A DNA stretch of 64,000 bases. Origin: Bacteroidales bacterium UBA1176 (GTDB taxonomy: Bacteria > Bacteroidota > Bacteroidia > Bacteroidales > WCHB1-69). A model generated the notes under the pieces. It was not told where the DNA came from, did no database searches, and saw only the letters and a list, made by a program, of their open reading frames with translations. Of the stretch, positions 44,252 through 51,901 are shown one piece after another (positions within the stretch are counted from its first letter, which is position 1; every line of letters begins with the position of its first letter). The translations under genes and the position numbers were made by a program. The stretch covers positions 10,739-74,738 of the forward strand of contig DBYW01000011.1 in assembly GCA_002311645.1 (NCBI GenBank), read 5' to 3'.

Positions 44252-45706
44252 ATGAGTGACATAACGATATGTCTCACCGCTGCCACTGACGTGGGCGTAT
44301 ATCGCAAGAATAACGAAGACAATTTCATCGTATGCCCCGATGTCAGTGTCGACAACTGGACCATCCCCCAAGACCCTAACGGAATTATTCCGTTGGGGTC
44401 TCGGGGCAGTCTTATTGTCGTCGCCGACGGCATGGGTGGGATGAATGCCGGCGAGGTTGCATCCGACATCGCCGTGCATACAGTCAAGGATTGTTTTGCA
44501 CCGGACAAGGTTACCCCGGAGGATTTTGCAACTCCAGCCGCCGCCTGCAAGTTTATGAAGCAGGTGATTTTGGAGGCTGACAACCGCATCAAGAAACATG
44601 CCAAAAAGCATTCCGACACCAGCGGCATGGGCACCACCATCGTGATGGCCTGGCTGTTGGACAACACGGCGTGCGTGGCATGGTGCGGTGACAGCCGGGC
44701 TTACGCCTTCCACCCGGAAACCGGCCTGCGTCAGCTGTCGAAGGACCACTCATACGTGCAGTCGTTGGTCGACTCCGGCCAGCTTCTGCCGGAATTGGCA
44801 TTCGATCATCCTGACAGCAACATCATAACTTCGAGTCTTGGCGACTTCGTCAACTCCGCATCGCCCGACAGTGTGGTCACATATCTCCATAACGGAGAGA
44901 TGCTGCTGCTTTGCAGTGATGGATTGTGCGGCATGATCCGCGACAATGAGACGGAGCAGATTCTCCAGCAGACGCACGAGGATCTCGACGCCTGCCGTCA
45001 GGCCCTGATTCAGGGTGCGCTCAATGCGGGAGGTCACGACAATGTGACCGTTGCCCTGCTCAAGGTGCTGTCGGGCGCTCCGGACCTGCCTCCTGTCACC
45101 AACACCCCGACCCGCACGCTCTCGCCCACGGAGGTTGAGCAGCAGGCGCAAGGCGAGGACCAGGCAATTGAAGAGCCTTCCGACATCGAAGAGTTGGTGA
45201 AACCTGCCGTTGAACAGAATGCTGCCAACGATCTCGACGCCAAGGCCAAAGCCAAGGTCGAAGAATTGAAGAAAAACAAGAAGAAAGGACGCAAGTTCTT
45301 CTGGACCCTCTTCATCCTCCTGCTTTTGGCGGGCGGCCTCTACCTCTTGTGGCGCTTCGTGCCGGGTATGCCGTTCCAGCCCAAGCAATGCGAGGGACCC
45401 GACTCAAACCAGGTTGAGATTGTAGACACCAACATAACGCCACCTTCACCAGAACCCGAAACCCCGGTCGTAGTCCCAGAAACCCCAAAACCTGAGAATG
45501 CTCCGGCTTCCGGGCCACAGAAACCGCAATCCACAACTCAACAAACCACAACTCAGCAAACCACTCCTTCTCCAGCCAACCCCATTGGCATGATCATTGA
45601 AAAACAGCAGGCGAAGACGTCTGCTACAACCGAGCCGACAGAAAAGCCGCAAACCGATGCGGACGCGTCAAACGAGGCCACGGAAACCAATTCAGAAGAG
45701 GAGTAG
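44252..45706 (+). CDS. PP2C-family Ser/Thr phosphatase with a C-terminal TM helix and a Pro/Thr/Gln-rich tail
   Basis: VGVYRKNNEDNF, VADGMGGMNAGEVAS, LLLCSDGL and GGHDNVTVAL make up the PP2C. The TM is FFWTLFILLLLAGGLYLLWRFV. The tail carries TTQQTTTQQTTPSP. Confidence 0.9.
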   Translation: MSDITICLTAATDVGVYRKNNEDNFIVCPDVSVDNWTIPQDPNGIIPLGSRGSLIVVADGMGGMNAGEVASDIAVHTVKDCFAPDKVTPEDFATPAAACKFMKQVILEADNRIKKHAKKHSDTSGMGTTIVMAWLLDNTACVAWCGDSRAYAFHPETGLRQLSKDHSYVQSLVDSGQLLPELAFDHPDSNIITSSLGDFVNSASPDSVVTYLHNGEMLLLCSDGLCGMIRDNETEQILQQTHEDLDACRQALIQGALNAGGHDNVTVALLKVLSGAPDLPPVTNTPTRTLSPTEVEQQAQGEDQAIEEPSDIEELVKPAVEQNAANDLDAKAKAKVEELKKNKKKGRKFFWTLFILLLLAGGLYLLWRFVPGMPFQPKQCEGPDSNQVEIVDTNITPPSPEPETPVVVPETPKPENAPASGPQKPQSTTQQTTTQQTTPSPANPIGMIIEKQQAKTSATTEPTEKPQTDADASNEATETNSEEE

Positions 45707-45747
45707 TTTAGAGTTTTTAAGTACAATAAGAAAAAATAGAAACAGAT

Positions 45748-47139
45748 ATGTTGACAGAAAATAGCATGTTTGCCGGACGTTACCGGTTGTTGAAGAAAAT
45801 TGGCGGAGGCGGTTTCTCCGTCGTATGGAAAGCCATTGACACGATGGCGGGCAATTTGATTGTCGCCATTAAAATCTATGTGCCTGACAATGGCATGGAC
45901 GAGGAGGGCTTGCGCATCTTCCGGGATGAGTTCTCCTTGGTGTTCGCGCTGAACCATACGAATTTGCTGCGCCCTACTTATTATGACATTTGTGACGACT
46001 CTCCCTACCTGGTGCTGCCCTTCTGCGACAGGGGCAGCGCGGAGCGTCTGATCAACCCCGAACGGCCGCTGCCTGAAAGAAATGTGGTAGAGTTTATACG
46101 CGACGTCGCGGCAGCCTTGGCATACCTGCACAGTCAGGAACCGCCCATCATCCATCAGGACATCAAGCCGGGCAACGTGCTTTTGTCCAATGATGGCTCC
46201 TATAAGGTCACGGACTTCGGTATCAGCACCCGTATGCGCAGCACGTTGCGCAAGACGGTGGGTGCCTCCGAGATGGACAAGCTCTCCAAGAGCAATGGCA
46301 GCGGATCCATCCCCTATATGGGACCGGAACGCTTCTCCGCCTCGCCCACGCCGGTCAAGGCCAGCGATGTTTGGGCTCTCGGTGCCGCCGCCTTCGAGAT
46401 TATGACCGGCGACGTGCCGTTCGACGAGATGTTCGGCGGAAGCCTCCAGAAAAACGGCGCGGATGTGCCAGTTATCCCCGGTAGCTATTCCAAGGGACTC
46501 AAGAAATTAGTCTACAAGTGTCTCGCCAAGGAGACCTGGGATCGTCCCACTGCCGCCCGCATCGAACAGTGCTGCAACGAATACCTCGAAACGGGCAAGT
46601 GGCGTCTCCACCTGCTCGATCCGCCTGTCGTATGGCAGCGCTATCGCAGAAAAGTGATCGCCATCATTGCCGTCGCCATCCCGATTTTGCTCGGCGTCGC
46701 ATTCTTCTCCTTTGAGCACCACAAGGCCTCGAAACTCGTCTCCAAAGTGGAGAGCCTCTCTGTCGTGGCCCAGCAGCATTTGGACGGGAGCCTCATGGAC
46801 ATAGACCGCGCACGGCGTTCCTCCATCATGGAGTGCGAGAACTTGGGATTGGAAAAATCCTTGTGCACTCACATCGACACGCTCAACATGATATGCAGGA
46901 ATCTCCAATCGATTTCCTCCGACTGGACCTTCAAGCATTTCGTGGACGAAGAGAAAAGAGTTCAGCCCGACAAGGTGCTCACAGGGATCGTCATTGCTTT
47001 GGACGACCAATATGATATCTCGATGGATATACGTGAAAAGAATATCGAGGACGGTTTTCCCACAGATGTTGCTACTATGCTCATCAACACCTTGCGTGGC
47101 TTCAGCTTCTTGTCGAAGAACCAGAGCGCGAAACAGTAA
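45748..47139 (+). CDS. Membrane-anchored Hanks-type Ser/Thr protein kinase with a ~125-aa extracytoplasmic C-terminal domain
   Basis: GGGGFSVVWKA, VAIKIY, HQDIKPGNVLL, TDFG and YMGPER make up the kinase. The TM is VIAIIAVAIPILLGVAFFSF. No PASTA or other sensor domain was recognisable. Confidence 0.9.
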   Translation: MLTENSMFAGRYRLLKKIGGGGFSVVWKAIDTMAGNLIVAIKIYVPDNGMDEEGLRIFRDEFSLVFALNHTNLLRPTYYDICDDSPYLVLPFCDRGSAERLINPERPLPERNVVEFIRDVAAALAYLHSQEPPIIHQDIKPGNVLLSNDGSYKVTDFGISTRMRSTLRKTVGASEMDKLSKSNGSGSIPYMGPERFSASPTPVKASDVWALGAAAFEIMTGDVPFDEMFGGSLQKNGADVPVIPGSYSKGLKKLVYKCLAKETWDRPTAARIEQCCNEYLETGKWRLHLLDPPVVWQRYRRKVIAIIAVAIPILLGVAFFSFEHHKASKLVSKVESLSVVAQQHLDGSLMDIDRARRSSIMECENLGLEKSLCTHIDTLNMICRNLQSISSDWTFKHFVDEEKRVQPDKVLTGIVIALDDQYDISMDIREKNIEDGFPTDVATMLINTLRGFSFLSKNQSAKQ

Positions 47140-47155
47140 TTAAAATGTTGATTTG

Positions 47156-48889
47156 ATGCAAGACAAGCCAACCCGAGTTAAAGTCCTTGTTTTCACTGTG
47201 GTGTCGTTGCTCATGGCTACGACGGCGTTCGCGCAGTGCATGGCCCCTCGTGAGCAAAGGGGCGACGGCTTCGCGAAGTCGCACAAATACGACCAGGCCA
47301 TCAGCGACTATGCCAATGCCTTGACCTGCCCTGAACTGACCACCGCCGACAAGACCCGCCTCAACAAGAAAATCCAAAACTGCAAGGCTCTCAAGGAAAA
47401 GGAGAGAAAGGAGAAGGAAAATAGGGAAAAGGCTGCTCGTGCGGCGCGTGGGAATGACAATGCCACTGCGGATATGCAACAGGACTCTACCGAAAACCAT
47501 GCCATCAGCGACGAGGTGGCAGACACCGGAGATGATGCTTTGGACACCCTGATCGGGAAAGAGGAGATAGATCCATACCAAGTGCTCCGGGAACTGCATG
47601 AGAAATGGAAGAAGACCGCTTACATGGGTAGTATCCGCGTCAACATCGAGGGCCAGTGCTCGGACGGCTCGAAACTTCTCAACGAAGAGATGGACTATGT
47701 CGTGCCCAAGGTCTTCTACTCGCCGCTCGACCCCGACTCGGTCCATGAGGTGATGTTGGATGTCTGCATATTGCGCAAGGAAAGTATCATCATCCGCAAG
47801 GAATGCCCGGTGGAGGTAAAGCCTGTGTCGGGCGATTTTATCATCAAGGACCTGATATGGTCGCCGGAATACGAGCCAGGCGACTACACCTTCCAGATCA
47901 TGTACAATGGCACCCCCATCTATTTGGGCGAGTTCGTCGTCCAGCAAAAGAAAATCAAGTTGATTGTCAACACTATCGATGCGGAGTATGTGGACACCAT
48001 GCACCGGATTATGGTCAACAATAAAGACACGGTGCTGACGTTCACAGTTGAGGCCAACGCCTCTTACACGGTGACGTTGCCCGACTGGTGCATGCTGAGG
48101 CAAAAGAAGGGCGACATGTTCGAGGTCGAGGTGCTGCGGAACACGGCCAAGGATGCGCGCATCGGTGCCGGCTCCGTGACGGCCGCATCGCGCAACAAGA
48201 ACAACTTCAAGACCATTAAGTTCAACATCCGTCAAGCCGGCACGCAGTACAAGTTCGATGTCAACAACAAAACGACCACTCTTTCGCGGATCATGAAGGC
48301 CCGGGGCGGCAACATCTCCTTGATGGCGCACACCGACGCCCCTTCCTGCCGTATTGAGGGCGCTTCCGCGTGGTGCTCCGGTGCGGTGACCCGCGACAAG
48401 TACAACCTGAATCTTCAGATCCATGTCAGCACCAACAAGAGTGCCCGCTCAAGATACCACACGCTCTACGCGATTGTCTACGATGGCGTTGACAAGGCCA
48501 TCGACAGCATCCCCATTGCCATCCGCCAACGCGGGAACATCCCCATTTTAGAGTCCATCTTCATTCCGGGTGCAGGCTTGATCAGCAAGGGTCGCAACGG
48601 CCTTGGCGGTGTCATTCTCTTCGGAGAAATCCTTACGGGCGGAGTCGCCATCGCCAACCATTTCGTCTGCGACTATTCCAAGAAAAACGATAGGACGAAT
48701 TTCTTCACCCGAAACGAAGCCACCATTCGCGCATCCTCCCTCGGCGCGTGCATAGGCATCTATGTGCTGAACTTGGTGCTTACGCCGACGTTGAAGGCCA
48801 AAGAGAACTATAATATCAGCTTTTATCCAGCGGTGCAGCCCTCCATGGGGCAGGCAACCCTCTCTATGGGGTTCTCCTGCCGGTTTTAA
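47156..48889 (+). CDS. Secreted/membrane protein with two BACON-like modules and a C-terminal double-helix membrane anchor (DUF5683-like); paralog A
   Basis: Signal ...TTAFAQ|C, then CMAPREQRGDGF. BACON-like DWCMLRQKKGDMFEVEVLRNTAKDARIGAGSVTA. C-terminus IFIPGAGLISKG plus two hydrophobic helices, ending ...SMGFSCRF. Confidence 0.6.
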   Translation: MQDKPTRVKVLVFTVVSLLMATTAFAQCMAPREQRGDGFAKSHKYDQAISDYANALTCPELTTADKTRLNKKIQNCKALKEKERKEKENREKAARAARGNDNATADMQQDSTENHAISDEVADTGDDALDTLIGKEEIDPYQVLRELHEKWKKTAYMGSIRVNIEGQCSDGSKLLNEEMDYVVPKVFYSPLDPDSVHEVMLDVCILRKESIIIRKECPVEVKPVSGDFIIKDLIWSPEYEPGDYTFQIMYNGTPIYLGEFVVQQKKIKLIVNTIDAEYVDTMHRIMVNNKDTVLTFTVEANASYTVTLPDWCMLRQKKGDMFEVEVLRNTAKDARIGAGSVTAASRNKNNFKTIKFNIRQAGTQYKFDVNNKTTTLSRIMKARGGNISLMAHTDAPSCRIEGASAWCSGAVTRDKYNLNLQIHVSTNKSARSRYHTLYAIVYDGVDKAIDSIPIAIRQRGNIPILESIFIPGAGLISKGRNGLGGVILFGEILTGGVAIANHFVCDYSKKNDRTNFFTRNEATIRASSLGACIGIYVLNLVLTPTLKAKENYNISFYPAVQPSMGQATLSMGFSCRF

Positions 48890-48919
48890 CAGTCCGTCTC
48901 AAAAGAAGTTAGTTAGCTT

Positions 48920-50521
48920 ATGAGGAAAATTCTTACCTTAATCTGCCTTGTGGTCCTTCCATGTATGCTTTGGGCGCAATGTTTCACCCCCCGGGAGCAA
49001 AGGGGGGACTCTTTTTTTGCTGAAAAAGATTACAAGGCTGCAAAAGACTGGTATGAAAAAGCCAAGACCTGTATGGACCTGACGAACAGCGACAAGTCAC
49101 GTTTGAACGGTAAAATTGCGAAATGTAACAAGCTTATCAAACAGCCCGATGACCAGCCACAAACTCCGCAGCCTACCAAACCCGAAACCGAATGGGTCAA
49201 GACCGCCTATATGCAGGACCCGGAAATAAGTCTCGAGTTCTATAAAGACGGGGATAAACTGCAAATCCCTGCGCAGGATATGGACTATTTTGTCCCGGTT
49301 GTGCGGTATGTGCCCAAAGACACCGTCAAGGACCATGTGGCAAGCCTGCGCCTGCGTGTCTGGCAGGGCACCGACCTGAGCCGGCGTCCCAAGTCGGACG
49401 TGAACCTCGATTGCCAAGTGCTGCATAACAAGCGGGAAACGAGCTTGGAACAGCAGAAATGGAATCATGGCACAGGTGTTTTCACCATCGAGATCACGAA
49501 CCGCTACAACAACACAACCCTCTACAAGGACGTCATAGAGGTCCTTGAGAAAACCATCAGTCTCCAAGTAAACACCAGCAGCGGAACACCGGCTGAAAAC
49601 TTGCTGATTGGGAAAGGAACTCCGACAAAGGTGTATCGCTACATGGTCGCCACCAATGCCGAGAGCTTCCAGGCTGTTTCCACCGCCTCGGACTGGTGCA
49701 AGATCGAGAATATAACCGGTAACAGTTTTGATGTCCGTGTGTTAGAGAATAACGGTCGCGACATGCGAGTCGCCGACTGCCGCGTGACTGCCGGCGACAA
49801 GACGGTCTCCTTCACCGTGACGCAGGAGGGCAAGTCCTTCTTCCTGACGGTGGACGGGTATTCTACACGCATGCCGGATCAGACGTGCCGCGCCCGGGGC
49901 ACCCGGCTCTATTTCCCCGTCAAGTCCAATGCCCGGTGGTCTGTCAAAGGCGACAACAGATGGTGTCGTTGGAACTCGGCGATGAGCAAAGACACATTGG
50001 TGCTCGATATTGCGCCCAACGACAAGGCTTCCAAACGCGAGATAGAGATACAGGTGGTGGCTGTGGACGGCAACGGGGTGGAGGTTGACCGCCTTGACAT
50101 GCGCATTGTGCAGTCCGGCGACTTGGCCATTGTGAAATCCCTCTTTATTCCCGGCTTAGGCCAGATGGGCAGGGGACAGGTGGGCAAGGGCTCCGCTATC
50201 CTTGTCGGTGAGGTGGTCTGTGCCGGCACGGCTCTTATTACATACGCTTCGGGCAAATCGAAGCTGAAACTGATGAACAGCAGCATAGAAACTGGCAATT
50301 ACGACGATTTTATGAAAGCAAGCAAGAGCTACAAGAACTTGCGTGCCGCCAACTATACTTTTTGGAGCTTCGCAGGAGCCCTTTACGTCTATAATCTTGT
50401 GGACGCCATTGTTTCCAAGGGAAAACCGAACTACAAGAACTCCAAGATATCTTTCGCCCCCGTCGCCGCCCCGACATTGGAAGGGCCTGTGTTCTCGATG
50501 GGGTTCAACTTTAAATTCTGA
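48920..50521 (+). CDS. Paralog B of the preceding gene (BACON-like modules plus a C-terminal membrane anchor)
   Basis: Signal ...CMLWAQ|C, then CFTPREQRGDSF. DWCKIENITGNSFDVRVLENNGRDMRVADCRVTAGDKTVSFTVTQEG. LFIPGLGQMGRGQVGKGSAILVGE. It ends ...SMGFNFKF. Confidence 0.6.
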   Translation: MRKILTLICLVVLPCMLWAQCFTPREQRGDSFFAEKDYKAAKDWYEKAKTCMDLTNSDKSRLNGKIAKCNKLIKQPDDQPQTPQPTKPETEWVKTAYMQDPEISLEFYKDGDKLQIPAQDMDYFVPVVRYVPKDTVKDHVASLRLRVWQGTDLSRRPKSDVNLDCQVLHNKRETSLEQQKWNHGTGVFTIEITNRYNNTTLYKDVIEVLEKTISLQVNTSSGTPAENLLIGKGTPTKVYRYMVATNAESFQAVSTASDWCKIENITGNSFDVRVLENNGRDMRVADCRVTAGDKTVSFTVTQEGKSFFLTVDGYSTRMPDQTCRARGTRLYFPVKSNARWSVKGDNRWCRWNSAMSKDTLVLDIAPNDKASKREIEIQVVAVDGNGVEVDRLDMRIVQSGDLAIVKSLFIPGLGQMGRGQVGKGSAILVGEVVCAGTALITYASGKSKLKLMNSSIETGNYDDFMKASKSYKNLRAANYTFWSFAGALYVYNLVDAIVSKGKPNYKNSKISFAPVAAPTLEGPVFSMGFNFKF

Positions 50522-50523
50522 CT

Positions 50524-51843
50524 ATGAAAAACAAAGCCATACTCATACTGACCGCGCTTGCGTTTATTCTCCCGTCGGGTTGTCTCAAGAAACTCGAGAA
50601 AGAGGGCATCTTCAGTGACACCCTGGTGTTCGGGACCGTTACTGTTAATGATGCCGACCACACTCCAGCTTCAAATGTTGTGGTCTCCTTGGTGGATGGC
50701 GAGAACATGGTACGTTCCACCACCACAGATGCGCGCGGCTATTACGAAATATCCGTCTCCGCCGAAGAAATCCATAAGGGTTTCGCCTTTAAGCTTACCG
50801 CCGACTCGGTGTATCAGGACGCGGTGTTCTCCTTGGAAGAGGTGGGCTTCGGCTTAGAGCGTTACGAGCTCAACATGTCGCTCGACGGTCCCTCTTTGCC
50901 GCAGGTGCAAACACTTGAAGTGTCCAATGTCACGACCCAAAGTGCGCTTGCCAAGGGCGTGGTCACGAATAACGGGAACCTGCCTCTCCAGTCGCGCGGT
51001 TTTTGCTGGAGCCGTTTGCCCAATCCCACCGTCAACGATGCCCACGTGAACGTGCCGGGCGGGGTAGGGGAATTCACCGCCACCCTCACCGGTCTTGAAC
51101 CGGCGATAACCTACTATGTGCGCGCATACGCCTCCAACAGCCAGGGTCTCGTGTATGGCGCGGAATTGTCGTTCACTACAGAGGGCGTGTTCCATTGCGG
51201 CAACTCCAAGGTCTACGACTTCGACGGCAATCCTTATAACACCCTGCTGATCGGCACCCAGTGCTGGACTCGCGAGAGCATGCGCACCACGCATTACTCC
51301 GACGGCACGGCAATCCCGGCGGGCACGACCAGCGGCGACACTCCGTACCGCTACGCCCCCGGCAACGACGAGTCCAACGTCTCCACCTACGGCTATCTCT
51401 ACAACTGGTCTGCCACCATGCGCGGCGCGGCATCTGGACAGTCGCCGGTACAGGGTGTCTGCCCTGACGGCTGGCACGTGCCTACCGACGCGGAGTGGAC
51501 CCAGCTGACCAATACGGTCTCCTCGTCAGGCTTCGTTTGCGGCGGCAACCCCGACAACAACGCCAAGGCCTTGGCTGCCACATGGGGCTGGAACAGCAGC
51601 AATGTGTCCTGCTCCGTGGGCGAGGACCCCTCATCCAACAATGTCACCACATTCACGGCACTGCCCGCTGGCTTCTATTCCGGCACCTATAGCAACATGG
51701 GCGGCTATGTCTATTTCTGGACATCGACCGAAAGCGGCTCGTCCACAAGCTACAGCCGTCTTATCCGGTACGACAATCCGAATGTCGCTGTCAGGTCAAA
51801 CGGCAGGAAAAACGGCAATCTCGTGCGCTGTGTGTTAGATTGA
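50524..51843 (+). CDS. Lipoprotein: CarboxypepD_reg-like domain, Fn3-like module and FISUMP domain
   Basis: Lipobox ILPSGC. GTVTVNDADHTPASNVVVSLVDGENMVRSTTTDARGYYEI. FCWSRLPNPT...YYVRAYASNSQGLVYG. DFDGNPYNTLLIGTQCWTRESMR...CPDGWHVPTDAEW...LVRCVLD. The ATG is 2 nt after the upstream stop. Confidence 0.75.
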   Translation: MKNKAILILTALAFILPSGCLKKLEKEGIFSDTLVFGTVTVNDADHTPASNVVVSLVDGENMVRSTTTDARGYYEISVSAEEIHKGFAFKLTADSVYQDAVFSLEEVGFGLERYELNMSLDGPSLPQVQTLEVSNVTTQSALAKGVVTNNGNLPLQSRGFCWSRLPNPTVNDAHVNVPGGVGEFTATLTGLEPAITYYVRAYASNSQGLVYGAELSFTTEGVFHCGNSKVYDFDGNPYNTLLIGTQCWTRESMRTTHYSDGTAIPAGTTSGDTPYRYAPGNDESNVSTYGYLYNWSATMRGAASGQSPVQGVCPDGWHVPTDAEWTQLTNTVSSSGFVCGGNPDNNAKALAATWGWNSSNVSCSVGEDPSSNNVTTFTALPAGFYSGTYSNMGGYVYFWTSTESGSSTSYSRLIRYDNPNVAVRSNGRKNGNLVRCVLD

Positions 51844-51901
51844 GTCTGCTCAAAACACACACCATTCCATATAACCCCATTCAGTCGATAAATATTTAGT
51901 C

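Noticed and set aside
40202-47139. The FHA/kinase/PP2C genes as a T6SS post-translational checkpoint (Fha1/PpkA/PppA), or as the actinobacterial cell-division cluster.
   Set aside because: No T6SS structural genes (TssB/C, Hcp, VgrG, ClpV) are present. No RodA/FtsW, PBP or PASTA-domain kinase is in the window. The analogy is used only as a conceptual reference.
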